Of a stretch of 44,004 nt of DNA, positions 1 to 9,546 are shown in pieces. Under the pieces are notes generated by a model. It was given only the letters and a program-made list of their open reading frames with translations. It had not been told where the DNA came from and searched no databases. Made by a program: the position numbers and the translations under genes. The number at the start of each line of letters is the position of its first letter. The first letter of the stretch is position 1. Origin of the DNA: a virus (lineage: Duplodnaviria > Caudoviricetes); IMG/VR virus record IMGVR_UViG_3300017648_000002, positions 1 to 44,004 of that record; one strand, written 5' to 3'.

Positions 1-123
1 GCAGTGCGCATGGACAGTGTGTTCTGGATAGCTGCGAACGGATCATAGCTCTCGATTGCTGAGCGTTGGGTAGAAGCGACGTTCCCCAGATTGCCAGCCA
101 TTGCCTGATACTGCATAAACGCC
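1..123. repeat. Terminal direct repeat, copy 1 (circular contig overlap)
   Basis: 1-123 is identical to 43882-44004. Confidence 0.97.
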
Positions 124-1028
124 ATATTGATGCCGTCCAGAGCTGACGCCATCCTGTTATTGACGGCACCGAGCGCATCGAGCTTGTCCTTCTCGTTGAA
201 GCGTAGATCGTTGCGGATGGCATTGGCAAGCGTCATGTACTTGTTAGTGACTTCTGCTTCCTGAAGCCCCTGCTCCTCCTGGAGCGCCTGAATCTTGGTG
301 TTGGTATCGGTCTGAGCGTTGACGATCGAACTCCCGATCGCATCCAGCTTACTCATCTCCTCCGTATTGAGGCCTGCAATCCGTTCGGTTGCTGAGCGTC
401 CAGCCTGATTCTGGAGGTTGGTGTAGTAGCCAGAGGAAAGCAGATTCTGAGCACGGGCTAGTTGTCGGTTCATGCGTTGCTCATCGCCCAGAAGCCGTGC
501 CGCGTTTGTGCGACCAACATCATACGTTTGCTGGACTTCCCCCTTGCGTCCCTCAAGCAAGCCGAGATTCTTCGTTAGTGTCTGATTGGCGGTATCAACA
601 AGGCCTCGATAGGTAGCACCAATACGATCAAGCATGGTGTCTTTCTCACGGCCGAGACTACCGAGCTGGTTATTGAGTTCTGCTGCGCGCTGATCGTAGA
701 GTGACCTGGCTGAGTTGAGCTGATCTTCATAGACGTTGCGAGTGTTATTGCCGATCTGATCGAGAATCGAGTTGTTCGTACCACTCGACCCTGTCGAGCC
801 AGTAGTCTGGTAACTTGGCGTCCCGCCGATCACTGTCGCGCTTCGCCCTGATGGGTTGGGATCTGTGCTGGAAAATGTTGGTGTGTTTGAGCTTGGGGAT
901 GGTCCCGCAGCCTCAGCTTTCCCAATGAGTAAATCAGAGATCGGCGTGCCTTCCCACAGCTTCCCAGTTGAGAAGATTCCTGATTGATTCAGTTTTGCAA
1001 GAGATCCGAGTAAGCCACCGACTGCCAT
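1..1028 (-). CDS. Putative internal virion/DNA-ejection protein, 5' part (about 386 aa in total; continues across the origin to the stop at 43749)
   Basis: Manual translation from ATG 1028 (MAVGGLLGSLAKLNQSG...) stays open to position 1 and joins the 43749-43997 ORF (...MAFMQYQAMAG...). Q/N/A-rich helical protein, preceded by a GTTAAC motif, in the virion module. Confidence 0.7.
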   Translation of the reverse strand, partial: MAVGGLLGSLAKLNQSGIFSTGKLWEGTPISDLLIGKAEAAGPSPSSNTPTFSSTDPNPSGRSATVIGGTPSYQTTGSTGSSGTNNSILDQIGNNTRNVYEDQLNSARSLYDQRAAELNNQLGSLGREKDTMLDRIGATYRGLVDTANQTLTKNLGLLEGRKGEVQQTYDVGRTNAARLLGDEQRMNRQLARAQNLLSSGYYTNLQNQAGRSATERIAGLNTEEMSKLDAIGSSIVNAQTDTNTKIQALQEEQGLQEAEVTNKYMTLANAIRNDLRFNEKDKLDALGAVNNRMASALDGINMAFMQYQAMAGNLGNVASTQRSAIESYDPFAAIQNTLSMRT

Positions 1029-1038
1029 AGATACTCGT

Positions 1039-1068
1039 ATTGTAGCGAGTGCCTCAAGAGCCGTTAAC
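1039..1068 (-). promoter_or_regulatory. Late promoter motif GTTAAC-N18-TACAAT, ATG 10 nt downstream
   Basis: One of 8 copies with identical spacing. Confidence 0.75.
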
Positions 1069-1211
1069 GCTTTGTGCTACTTGTGTTTATGTCAACTTTA
1101 TGTTATGATGCTTGCGCGATAACCCATCGCCAGGTAACAGAAGTACGCAAGAGCCCTTTCGGGTGTCGCTGTTACGTACTTCGGCACGACGCCACCTGAA
1201 AGGGTTTTTCT

Positions 1212-1391
1212 ATGGCTCAAACATTACGAGAAACATTGAAGTTTGCCATCCTGCTGGGCAGTGCCTTATTGGCGCTGTACTGGGGATGCTCACCTGATCC
1301 GGAAGTCAACTGGATACCACGCTTTGTGGGTATCTTTGCGATCCCCTACTTCACCTTTCGATGGATATCACCTCCACAACACCACCTATGA
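1212..1391 (+). CDS. Small membrane protein (59 aa), moron-like
   Basis: MAQTLRETLKFAILLGSALLALYWG...VGIFAIPYFTFRW; two hydrophobic segments; stop overlaps the next ATG (ATGA). Confidence 0.5.
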   Translation: MAQTLRETLKFAILLGSALLALYWGCSPDPEVNWIPRFVGIFAIPYFTFRWISPPQHHL

Positions 1392-1618
1392 TGAAGCACA
1401 TACCATGGTACGTCTCGTTTGTGCCCGTTATGGCGGGTATGGTGGTTCTTGGAGCGCTTTCGCTTGATGTACTGTGGTTTGTCACCGGGCAGAGCCTGCC
1501 TGAAGATATCCCGTTCAACCTCGTCGAGCTGGTGTTTGCCGTTCTCTACCTGTTGGTATTTACCGTGCGTCAGGCACTGCGTTACTCCACCCGCATCTCG
1601 CTTGGTGGTGGTTGCTGA
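1388..1618 (+). CDS. Small two-TM membrane protein, moron-like
   Basis: MMKHIPWYVSFVPVMAGMVVLGALSLDVLWFV...LVELVFAVLYLLVF; coupled to the upstream ORF. Confidence 0.5.
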   Translation: MMKHIPWYVSFVPVMAGMVVLGALSLDVLWFVTGQSLPEDIPFNLVELVFAVLYLLVFTVRQALRYSTRISLGGGC

Positions 1619-3501
1619 GAGGCTTGCCACTGGACGTAGAGGCCCAGGATCTCAAACGTGTCGGTTGCCGACTTGTTCTCGTAGACGATCTGCAGATTGA
1701 ACAGATCCTGATAGATATCGACAAACCGCATCACACTCCGGTTGTTGGCTGATACCAGCGTGCCACTGGAGTCTCCCCACAACACATCACCCCAGAGATC
1801 AGCGCCCCAGCCTGTCTGTCCTTGCTGACTGGCAACCGAAAACGTCTTGAGCTCCTCCAGCCCGTCCTTGATGAGCTGAACCTTGAGGTTTTGAGCCTGG
1901 ATGTTGCCGAACAGCAGATAGAGACGCTCAAACGTCTTGTAGGCATACGGCGCATCCATATCAAAGAGCTTGGTAGCAACCCGGAAGTAGATCGGATCGC
2001 CCATATCACTCGTGCCGTCAAACAGCTTGAACACATTCCCCTGGCTGTCCCCGCCATAGGTGTGCTCGTTGTTATTGGCATCGACGAACTTGATAAAGGC
2101 TGTTGCTGCTATCCCGCGATACTCGGAAAAGCCCACGTACACCGGATCATAGGCAAGTGACGTGTTGTTCTGTGTTGCTCCTGAGGGTATCGACCAGATA
2201 ATGACGTGGTTGGCTTTGTCATAGACGCCACACACCTTTGACAGTGCCTGCTGGGAGATCGAGTTGACGTAGGTTGGATGAACGCGAACGGTCAGCTCGG
2301 CAATCCTGAGCACGTTGACGAGGTTGGGTTCCATCCTGAGGGTGTAGCCACCGTAGCGACTCCAGAAGCCCAGATCGTTTTCAAACAGGACGATCGAGGC
2401 ATCAGAAGCAGCGCCAACAGCCAGGTTGACATCCTTGACCTGCGGGGCACCGTTGGCAGCAAACCCAAGCTGCCCCACCTTGTGATCCTGAAAGATATAG
2501 ACAAAGTCCTCACCAAGCCCGGCGTAGACCTCCACGCCGTTGACTGCCTCACCAGTCTCGGTGTGATAGTCGTAAAACGTCCCGCCGTCACCCGGTGCAA
2601 AGGAGTCGATTTTGTCGCCTCCAGCACTGATCCAGATGCGATTGCGATTGGCTTTCTCAACAGCCACGATCGACTCGTGGTAGATCGTTCCAGTCGAAAA
2701 GACGATCCCACCCGTACGGTTCTCATCAGGCACGATCACCAGGAACGACTGGCTGGCATCTGCCTGTCCCTGATCGAAAAAGCGCGACTCGGTAACAGAA
2801 GTCAGATACGTCTCATTGCCCGGTGAGCCCCGATAGATGTTGTAGCTGTCTGCACCGTCCACATCATCCCAGTCGAGCTTGGCGTATGTATCGGTATCCC
2901 ACTGGTTTGGGCAGCTCGTGAGCTGGACAGCAGATGACCCGTTCGTCTCCTGACCGTTTGCGGCGGTCACCACATAGGACACGGTCTTTGTGCCGGTTCC
3001 ACTCCCCTCTTTTGTGATGCTCAGATTCTCAGGCGGATCAATCTCAGTCGGTGTGTAAAAGGTCGTACCATCCCATGACACCTGTGCGCTGTGACCATCG
3101 AAGATGTAGAGCTTGTTGCCTCCCTGCACCATCTTGACCCGATTGGTCGTATGAAACGTGTGACCACTCTTGAGTGTCTTGGTCTTGGCTACGGGATCGA
3201 TCACATAGAAGTTGCCCCCAGCTACGGCACAGAGATAACGGGTGAGCGAGTCATCGTCCTCACGGCGGTTGTAGACTCCGTAGCCCTGAATTTCGTGACT
3301 ATCGAGGTTGACCACGAGTGACGTACCCGGTCGTTTGGAGATCACCCCGTACTGGGTGAAGATCGCATTGATCGCCTCAGCAAGCTCATCGACCCGGATC
3401 ATGTTGGGATTAACCAGCGTGTTCAGTCCACGTGGCCATCCCTTGACATCCAGAACCTGCGTCTTGGGTGATTTATATCGTCGTCTTGAATAGCGTCGCA
3501 T
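1582..3501 (-). CDS. Tail tubular/DNA stabilisation protein (P22 gp10/nozzle-like, beta-rich)
   Basis: 639 aa; N-terminal 'GLNT...DELAEAIN...G.ISKRPG' pattern typical of podoviral tail tubular proteins; follows the adaptor gene. Confidence 0.7.
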   Translation of the reverse strand: MRRYSRRRYKSPKTQVLDVKGWPRGLNTLVNPNMIRVDELAEAINAIFTQYGVISKRPGTSLVVNLDSHEIQGYGVYNRREDDDSLTRYLCAVAGGNFYVIDPVAKTKTLKSGHTFHTTNRVKMVQGGNKLYIFDGHSAQVSWDGTTFYTPTEIDPPENLSITKEGSGTGTKTVSYVVTAANGQETNGSSAVQLTSCPNQWDTDTYAKLDWDDVDGADSYNIYRGSPGNETYLTSVTESRFFDQGQADASQSFLVIVPDENRTGGIVFSTGTIYHESIVAVEKANRNRIWISAGGDKIDSFAPGDGGTFYDYHTETGEAVNGVEVYAGLGEDFVYIFQDHKVGQLGFAANGAPQVKDVNLAVGAASDASIVLFENDLGFWSRYGGYTLRMEPNLVNVLRIAELTVRVHPTYVNSISQQALSKVCGVYDKANHVIIWSIPSGATQNNTSLAYDPVYVGFSEYRGIAATAFIKFVDANNNEHTYGGDSQGNVFKLFDGTSDMGDPIYFRVATKLFDMDAPYAYKTFERLYLLFGNIQAQNLKVQLIKDGLEELKTFSVASQQGQTGWGADLWGDVLWGDSSGTLVSANNRSVMRFVDIYQDLFNLQIVYENKSATDTFEILGLYVQWQASQQPPPSEMRVE

Positions 3502-3511
3502 AGTTGGTTAA

Positions 3512-4183
3512 TCAACGGCGTCTTGAATGGCCGTTGTAGAAGGATTTTTCACTGGTCGTGCCGAGTCGTGCGCGCAAGACGTTGTGCATGCCAGGAAGCG
3601 TGCCAGGTGCCGGGATCTCATTGCGCTCAGCAACTTCAGCCACGATGTTCTCGTACTCATCACGACTCTCGGCAAACTTGTCTAGTGGCCCACTGATGAA
3701 GTAGTGCTGTTTGAGGGCAAAGGCCAGTACCGCCTCTCCGTTCACAAGCACTGGGTCGCTGTCTTCCTCCAGTGGTGCAGGCGCTGCAAAGTACCAGTAC
3801 GGTGCCTCGTCATCTGTGGTGGGCGTCGGTGTAAACGTCAACTGGTAGCGTCCAGTTGACAGGTCACGCGCAACAGCAACGGTCACGCGCTTCTCGAACG
3901 GATCGGTGTAGACAATCGAGCCGTCTGCGGATGTCAACACGTAGAGCCCGTTGGGCTTGGCAAAGTCTTCTGGCAGGGTGTAGGTCGCCGTACCGCTCTG
4001 GATCGAAAGCGTGTCGTGCTTGAGTAGCTCCTTGAGAAAGAGGCGGGAAGCGATATCTTGTCGGGCACGATTGAACCAGCGCGTGCGTCTGCGATAGCGA
4101 ATATCGTTGGTTGCAGGTGGTGCGCTCTCATTGGTGAAGTCGGAAAAGGCTTCGTGGAGCGCTTCAAGGGTCGTGAGCGTCAT
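3512..4183 (-). CDS. Head-tail adaptor (connector) protein
   Basis: 223 aa, 'WFNRARQDI...GTATYTLPEDF' pattern; lies between capsid and tail tubular genes. Confidence 0.65.
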   Translation of the reverse strand: MTLTTLEALHEAFSDFTNESAPPATNDIRYRRRTRWFNRARQDIASRLFLKELLKHDTLSIQSGTATYTLPEDFAKPNGLYVLTSADGSIVYTDPFEKRVTVAVARDLSTGRYQLTFTPTPTTDDEAPYWYFAAPAPLEEDSDPVLVNGEAVLAFALKQHYFISGPLDKFAESRDEYENIVAEVAERNEIPAPGTLPGMHNVLRARLGTTSEKSFYNGHSRRR

Positions 4184-4188
4184 ATTCG

Positions 4189-4218
4189 ATGATACAGGCG
4201 AGAGGCTGGGAGGTTAAC
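4189..4218 (-). promoter_or_regulatory. Late promoter motif GTTAAC-N18-TATCAT, leaderless ATG 5 nt downstream
   Basis: Near-identical to the copy at 43708-43737. Confidence 0.8.
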
Positions 4219-4708
4219 GCTGGGGAAAGTTCAGGGCGGCATAGTCGCCAAAAAGATCAATCGCTGCTTTGTCATAGGCACGGGCAGCCTCCTCTTCCGT
4301 TGCGAAATAGCCGAGTTGGCGGAACTTCCCCTGATACTGGATGTATCCACGCCACGGCTTGGATTTCAGCCGTTTAACGAACGAGACACCCTTAAAACGC
4401 TTGCCATTACGCAGTATCCGATTGCGCACATTGTCCAGATGCGTGCAGACCCGCAAATTCTCCTTGCGATTGTCGAGCTTGTCGCCATTCTTGTGGTCGA
4501 CTTCCAGGTAGTTGCCGATAGCCCCGATAATGAAACGGTGCATAGCAACGCTCCGGTAGCGCCTCTCGTTTGGTAGCCACTCCTTGCGGTATGCGTAGAT
4601 GTTGCCGTGCCCCTTGTCATTGGCGTGCCATTTGTAGGCATTGACACGATCAAAATCCTCATCATCGACGATGGTGGACAGGCCTTTGGTGAGTTTTATC
4701 TTTCGCAT
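4214..4708 (-). CDS. HNH-AP2 homing endonuclease
   Basis: MHRFI...VDHKNGDKLDNRKENLR (HNH) plus FKGV...WRGYI...LGYFATEEEAARAYDKAA...ALNFP (AP2). Confidence 0.9.
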   Translation of the reverse strand: MRKIKLTKGLSTIVDDEDFDRVNAYKWHANDKGHGNIYAYRKEWLPNERRYRSVAMHRFIIGAIGNYLEVDHKNGDKLDNRKENLRVCTHLDNVRNRILRNGKRFKGVSFVKRLKSKPWRGYIQYQGKFRQLGYFATEEEAARAYDKAAIDLFGDYAALNFPQR

Positions 4709-4750
4709 GAGTAGTGATATTGTAGCATGGGGGATTATGTCAAGTCAACA

Positions 4751-4784
4751 AACAAAAAAGACCCCTGGAATACCAGAGGTCTTT
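4751..4784 (-). terminator. Intrinsic terminator after the major capsid gene
   Basis: AAAGACCTCTGG-TATT-CCAGGGGTCTTT followed by a U-tract on the minus strand. Confidence 0.75.
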
Positions 4785-4810
4785 AAGTTGGCTCTTTAGC
4801 CTCGTTATGA

Positions 4811-6016
4811 CTAGCTAAGTCCGAGGTTGTAAAGGTAAGCTGCGCCTGCTTTGACGGTCTTCATACCGAAGATGTATTCGCCTAGCACTTGCCATTTGTG
4901 GCTATCGCCGTTTTCAGCGAGCTTTTTCGTGAACCATGCACGGTTCTTGAACGCTTTGTGACCGATTTTGTCTTCATCAACGATGAAAATCATATCGTTG
5001 AACTCAACGCCCGGAATCATCACCACATCAAGCTCCCCTACCTGTGAGGTATAGGTCTTGACGGCGGTAATACCGCGGTTGGTGTCTTTGCGTTCGCTTC
5101 GAACTGAGTTTAAGCCGAACAGACCCATGTATCGAAGAGCTTTGTAGCCCACGTACATAGCGGTCGGTTTTCCTCGGTTGTTAGCAATCGTCTCGATCGC
5201 ATCATCGATCTTTTCCTGCGCCTTGGTGTATTCCAAGATACCTGAGGTCACGATGGTTGATGAGGTCTTCCATGCACTTGCCCCACCCATATCGATCGCA
5301 TTGCTTGAAGCGTAGGTGTCAACGAAGAATTTCATTCCTCCGGTTGTTCTGCGATCAGAAAGCGTGTCGTTATGGCGTCTTCCGAAGAAGTAGGCGAGCT
5401 GTTGCATTTGCAAGAGCTCTTTTTGCTTGGTAACGATCTGGTTTTGAGAGTTTGATCCACCCTCTTTGGTGCGGTAGATGAACGCGTTTTCCTCAGTATC
5501 TGTCATCTCCACCACGTCCTCAAAGATTTGAGTGTAGTTGTAGAAGTCAGATAACGGTTGGCGAACGGCTCCATCTGCATCAGCGCCTTCAGGAGCTGCG
5601 ATACCGATACGTCGGATCACGGCTTCATCAAGAGCGGTTGCAGGGGTTGTGCTTGCCCATCCACGAGAGACGGTAAGGGTCACGCCATCAGAAGCGACGG
5701 CGGTTACGACCATATGCTCTGAGCCGACTTGCACCACATCGTCTTTGTTAAAGACGCCCGCTGTCTCAACGACAACCTCGGTTCCGTCAGTGGATTCGAG
5801 TGCTGAGCCAAGCTTATCCTGGGTTGGTCTGAGGTTTTCCTCTTTCCATTCCGTCTTGGTGTTATCGACGGTCTTTTCGAAGATGTCCCCACCAATGCGG
5901 TTTAAGAGCGGTAGCTCCAGCTTTGGGTATTTCCCGACGAAATCTTCGATCGAAACCCGTAGCGTACCGAGTGAACTCTGGTCATAGGTTGATTGTTTTC
6001 CATAGACTGCTGCCAT
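4811..6016 (-). CDS. Major capsid protein (SU10/DUF5309-like HK97 fold with an inserted beta domain)
   Basis: 401 aa after the scaffold gene; 'KTEWKEENL', 'YNYTQIFEDVVEMT', 'RTTGG', 'LAENGDSHKWQVLGEY' motifs; followed by a terminator. Confidence 0.85.
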   Translation of the reverse strand: MAAVYGKQSTYDQSSLGTLRVSIEDFVGKYPKLELPLLNRIGGDIFEKTVDNTKTEWKEENLRPTQDKLGSALESTDGTEVVVETAGVFNKDDVVQVGSEHMVVTAVASDGVTLTVSRGWASTTPATALDEAVIRRIGIAAPEGADADGAVRQPLSDFYNYTQIFEDVVEMTDTEENAFIYRTKEGGSNSQNQIVTKQKELLQMQQLAYFFGRRHNDTLSDRRTTGGMKFFVDTYASSNAIDMGGASAWKTSSTIVTSGILEYTKAQEKIDDAIETIANNRGKPTAMYVGYKALRYMGLFGLNSVRSERKDTNRGITAVKTYTSQVGELDVVMIPGVEFNDMIFIVDEDKIGHKAFKNRAWFTKKLAENGDSHKWQVLGEYIFGMKTVKAGAAYLYNLGLS

Positions 6017-6055
6017 AGTGTGTTTTCAACTCCTTTCTACATGCCTGGGATAGAG

Positions 6056-6895
6056 TTAGCGCCTGGAGAGAGCGGCTTGGACCCGCTTGGCGAGAAGTTC
6101 ATCGGGGCTCATCCTGGATTCATCATCCTTTGGTTGGCCTGAGACGCCCGGCGTGGGGATTGCTCCAGCACGCTTTCGCACAATTTCGGTTTCAGCCTGG
6201 GTAGAGGCAGCCTTGCGTTGCTTGCTCAGGTACGTAAAGGTCGTATCGACCACCTCTTTGAGTGAGGCCTTGCCTTCGAGTCCGCCTTGCGCGATATAGC
6301 GCTCAGCGATGAACTGCTCAAGCTCAGGGTCGAACTGCTCTTTGTTCCTGGGATCAAGCTCCGGATGCTCTGAGCGGACAACTGCCTTCTCCTCGTCATA
6401 GCGCCGGTGCATTTGCTGCGCCTGGCTCATGTTCTTGGAGAGATAGGTCATCCCCTGCTCGATCTTCTTGGCAGTACGCTCATCCAACATCTGGGTCAGC
6501 TTCAATGCATCGACTGATCCGTTGGGGAGAGTGGCTGCTTCAACGATCTTGGCAAGCTCATCCTCTTGTCCCTCTTTCGGTGCCTGCGTCCCTTCAACCT
6601 CTCGCATGTATTCCTTGAGAAGCTTGGGATCGCCCAAGAGACGCCGCATGTCAGCGTTCTCGTTTTTGATCTGTTGGTAGTACCGGGATTCGGGTTCTTT
6701 GGCGACTTTCGTGCCGCGATCCGTTACCTCAGTGCCTTCCTGATCCTGGTCTTTGCCAGTATCACCTTCGACAGATTGCGAGGTTTCGGATGCATCGGGA
6801 GTCTCCTCCTGATGTTCGGAAGTGGCGTAGTCTTCCTGGGGTGCATCTCCACCCTCTGGGGTGACGCCTGGTATTGGTTGATTATCTTCGTCCAT
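6056..6895 (-). CDS. Capsid scaffolding protein
   Basis: Acidic, disordered N-terminus, helical, directly upstream of the capsid gene. Confidence 0.7.
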   Translation of the reverse strand: MDEDNQPIPGVTPEGGDAPQEDYATSEHQEETPDASETSQSVEGDTGKDQDQEGTEVTDRGTKVAKEPESRYYQQIKNENADMRRLLGDPKLLKEYMREVEGTQAPKEGQEDELAKIVEAATLPNGSVDALKLTQMLDERTAKKIEQGMTYLSKNMSQAQQMHRRYDEEKAVVRSEHPELDPRNKEQFDPELEQFIAERYIAQGGLEGKASLKEVVDTTFTYLSKQRKAASTQAETEIVRKRAGAIPTPGVSGQPKDDESRMSPDELLAKRVQAALSRR

Positions 6896-6956
6896 TGATC
6901 GATTGGTTTTACGTCATGTACGGCGACGAACCCGGTCTCTGATCGGAGACACTTGT

Positions 6957-6986
6957 AGTATAGCGACGCTGCTATGTCTCGTTAAC
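6957..6986 (-). promoter_or_regulatory. Late promoter motif GTTAAC-N18-TATACT for the scaffold-capsid operon
   Basis: Same spacing as the other copies. Confidence 0.7.
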
Positions 6987-7529
6987 TGCTTCGGGATTTT
7001 GGAGTGAATCAGGTTGATTTGACGAGCCAAAGTTGAGGAACGCGAACTCTCCGTGTAGCCTACGTGCCGCTCGGTCATATGATCTTGCGGCCGCTTCGAG
7101 TGATTGGAACCGTCCGAGGATGCGCACTTTTCCGTTCACGCGGATCTCGGCTCTCCATTTCTTCCAGGCTTTCCCGCAGCGCGGACACCACGGTCCTTTG
7201 CGACTCTCACGGTAGACCCCTTTGTAGGGGAGGCCTGACGCTTTCCGTGGACGGCTGTTCAGAGAGTTTTGGCGATAGGTGCACACGCGAAGATTGGCTC
7301 GTCGATTGTCAAGCCCGTCGTGATTTACGTGATCGACCAGCATCTCGGTCGGAGGGTTCAGAATAAAGCGATGGAGTGGCGTCTTGGTTGCCTGCCGGGG
7401 AAGTATGGTCGCTGCATAGAAGTACCCAGGTCTGGGTTGAACTGCATGCCATCGATGTTTGAGAACACGAGCGGCGTCCTCATCATCGATGATCGCCTCT
7501 TTGCCTTGGGTTAGAGGAATACGCGTCAC
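6972..7529 (-). CDS. HNH-AP2 homing endonuclease
   Basis: LHRFIL...VDHVNHDGLDNRRANLR plus AP2 (YKGV...WRAEI...LGRF..LEAAARSYD...FLNF); GTG start 6 nt after TTGACA-N17-TATCGT. Confidence 0.9.
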   Translation of the reverse strand: MTRIPLTQGKEAIIDDEDAARVLKHRWHAVQPRPGYFYAATILPRQATKTPLHRFILNPPTEMLVDHVNHDGLDNRRANLRVCTYRQNSLNSRPRKASGLPYKGVYRESRKGPWCPRCGKAWKKWRAEIRVNGKVRILGRFQSLEAAARSYDRAARRLHGEFAFLNFGSSNQPDSLQNPEAVNET

Positions 7530-7640
7530 TCTTCCACGATAGCACAACTATTGCCTTATGTCAATCGAATCAGGCTGGAGGTACTCGGTTTAGCTTGCGA
7601 TGACGGGCTGTTTAGCGCGAACACTATTTTGTAGGCTCAA

Positions 7641-7680
7641 AAACACAAAGAACCCCGAGAAGGGATCATCGGGGTTCTTG
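7641..7680 (-). terminator. Intrinsic terminator
   Basis: AAGAACCCCGA-loop-TCGGGGTTCTT followed by TGTGTTTT. Confidence 0.7.
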
Positions 7681-7702
7681 CATAGTGATGCGTGCGAGAG
7701 AG

Positions 7703-8152
7703 CTATTCGCGATCCCAGACGCCACGTACGTCCTGGACAAACCAGCCGTTTACGCCATCACCAACGAGCTTGATGTAATCGCCTTTTTTGGCGGTTGCCT
7801 TGGTGTTGATCACATCCTTGTTATCAGCTGAGGTGTAGCCATTCCCCATGATCTTGTCAGATGCATTTGGGGAAACACTGAACCCAACGGTGCCGTTGTC
7901 ACCAACGTTCACGAAGGTCAAGGTCATGCCTGCTGCGGTTGCTGGAAGGGTGATCACCACTGCGTCAGTGTCGATCAATTTGACTGTTCCAGAATCGCCT
8001 TCAGCCATGGTGTCGTTTGCTGAGATAGTCTCACTGGTGCGATCGGCAACAGCGCCATCTGCACTGAGGTCGTGAGTCACAACCAGGTTGCGGATGGTGA
8101 GCGTGCCTGACGCATCATCGTATTTCATGTGTTCGGTATCAATTGCTGCCAT
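7703..8152 (-). CDS. Putative virion structural (decoration/fibre-like) protein
   Basis: Beta-rich 'VITLPATAAGMTLTFVN...GDYIKLVGDGVNGWFV' module; has its own GTTAAC motif and terminator. Confidence 0.55.
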   Translation of the reverse strand: MAAIDTEHMKYDDASGTLTIRNLVVTHDLSADGAVADRTSETISANDTMAEGDSGTVKLIDTDAVVITLPATAAGMTLTFVNVGDNGTVGFSVSPNASDKIMGNGYTSADNKDVINTKATAKKGDYIKLVGDGVNGWFVQDVRGVWDRE

Positions 8153-8223
8153 GTGAATCACCAACGTTCTCAACCATAGATTCAGCGTCGAGCACGATCT
8201 CTGCGCTGGTGGTTGTCTGTCTG

Positions 8224-8253
8224 ATTATGGCGGGTCGGGTGGCGTGGGTTAAC
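8224..8253 (-). promoter_or_regulatory. Late promoter motif GTTAAC-N18-CATAAT
   Basis: Conserved spacing; its TAA is the stop codon of the 8249-8557 ORF. Confidence 0.7.
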
Positions 8254-8557
8254 GAAACGGGAGCAACTTGCCGTCTTGGAGGCGATGAACACCGGGGACG
8301 AATTGCTTGCCCACGCTACAGTTCCGGCACTTGACCAGCACCATGCCGTTCTGGCGTTTGCCACCATCAACGAACTGATACTGGTGATTGTCTGGCGCGC
8401 AAACGCGGTGCGGAATGAGTGGGACGTGGATGAAGCGCCGTTTGACCTGACGCTCCCCCATCTCGACCTTACCCTGCTCGTTCATGACGAGTGCGGGTTG
8501 CGTGATCGTCTCGATCTGCCACTCATTGAGTGGGATCTCCTGGGTGTGCTCGTCCAT
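8249..8557 (-). CDS. Small hypothetical protein with C..H / CxxC (possible Zn ribbon)
   Basis: 102 aa ORF with a leaderless GTTAAC motif. Confidence 0.6.
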   Translation of the reverse strand: MDEHTQEIPLNEWQIETITQPALVMNEQGKVEMGERQVKRRFIHVPLIPHRVCAPDNHQYQFVDGGKRQNGMVLVKCRNCSVGKQFVPGVHRLQDGKLLPFR

Positions 8558-8562
8558 ACTCG

Positions 8563-8592
8563 ATTATGGCAGGTGGAGCTGGCGTGGTTAAC
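8563..8592 (-). promoter_or_regulatory. Late promoter motif GTTAAC-N18-CATAAT, leaderless ATG 5 nt downstream
   Basis: Conserved spacing; its TAA is the stop codon of the restriction endonuclease gene. Confidence 0.8.
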
Positions 8593-9439
8593 GGTCGCGC
8601 CAGACCCATCCGTCAGGGGCTAGGGTTGCGATCCACTCGTCTTTACCGAGAAGTGGTAATCCAAGCACCTCTGCTTCTCGACGCTGGTCAAGATACGTCT
8701 CACAGATGACGATGATGCCCTCGCTACGCAGGTTGATCCGCGACTGACGCGCCCGGCGCAATGAGTCTCTCTGTTGAGCGACGGATTCGACGACCCCGCG
8801 GGGGATGGGTCGGTTATGCACCTGTCGGAACAGCTCATCGAGTCGTCGCTGTCCAGAGGTGTGCCCCATGATCGTTGTTCGCGTCTCCTCATCGATGTGG
8901 AGCAGAATGTTCTCGGGCAGTCTCCCCTCAAGCACCAGCCAGCGCAGAGCCCGTCTGCCCTCCTCGTTGAGACCTGCTTTGGTATCGCGGTTCCTGCCCG
9001 TATTGCGATTGGTGTCGGTCACTCGAACAAGACCGATTGAGAAGCGCGACTTATCGTCGTCTGCTGAGACAACCAGGATGATGTGATTGACGGCTTCATC
9101 CGGGATTGACCAGTTTCTGCGGATGGTGAACTTCGAATCGACTTCGACTCCATCGATCAAATAGTCCATGCGATGACCTGTGCCCAGATCAAACTCAGCA
9201 CGCAGTAAGATCTCCACTTTGGTGCCGATATAGGTCTTTTCTGGCCTGGAGAGCTGATCGACATCCCAACGCCCCGTTCGTGGACCATCAATGACCTCAT
9301 CGAGGGCACGGCGAAGCGCAGTACCTGCTCGCTGTTCGAAATCCGGCACGGTACGGAAGAACCGCTCTACACGATCAAGCTCGTCGTCACGATCCCCACC
9401 TCCCGCCAGAGACAAGGATCCTGGTGGCATTGTGTTCAT
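8588..9439 (-). CDS. NaeI-family type II restriction endonuclease
   Basis: 'LDEVIDGPRTGRW...EKTYIGTKVEI...MDYLIDGVEVDSKF...WSIPDEA...NRDTK...LPENILL...SGQRRLDELFR' matches the NaeI family pattern; next to a C5 MTase. Confidence 0.85.
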   Translation of the reverse strand: MNTMPPGSLSLAGGGDRDDELDRVERFFRTVPDFEQRAGTALRRALDEVIDGPRTGRWDVDQLSRPEKTYIGTKVEILLRAEFDLGTGHRMDYLIDGVEVDSKFTIRRNWSIPDEAVNHIILVVSADDDKSRFSIGLVRVTDTNRNTGRNRDTKAGLNEEGRRALRWLVLEGRLPENILLHIDEETRTTIMGHTSGQRRLDELFRQVHNRPIPRGVVESVAQQRDSLRRARQSRINLRSEGIIVICETYLDQRREAEVLGLPLLGKDEWIATLAPDGWVWRDR

Positions 9440-9546
9440 TGACCGCTAGTATCGGTCAACTCCCAGCTCGTGCAACTGGAACATCTGTGCGAAGGCTGCC
9501 AGGAGCCCTACAATCGTTGTGTTGTGATAGTGAGAGGAATGCTACC

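Noticed and set aside
1-123. Terminal repeat as a biological DTR or att site
   Set aside because: It falls mid-gene and is a perfect copy; most simply an assembly overlap of a circular or circularly permuted genome
4735-7564. TTATGTCAA copies as pdif sites flanking cargo modules
   Set aside because: No matching XerC arm 6 bp away
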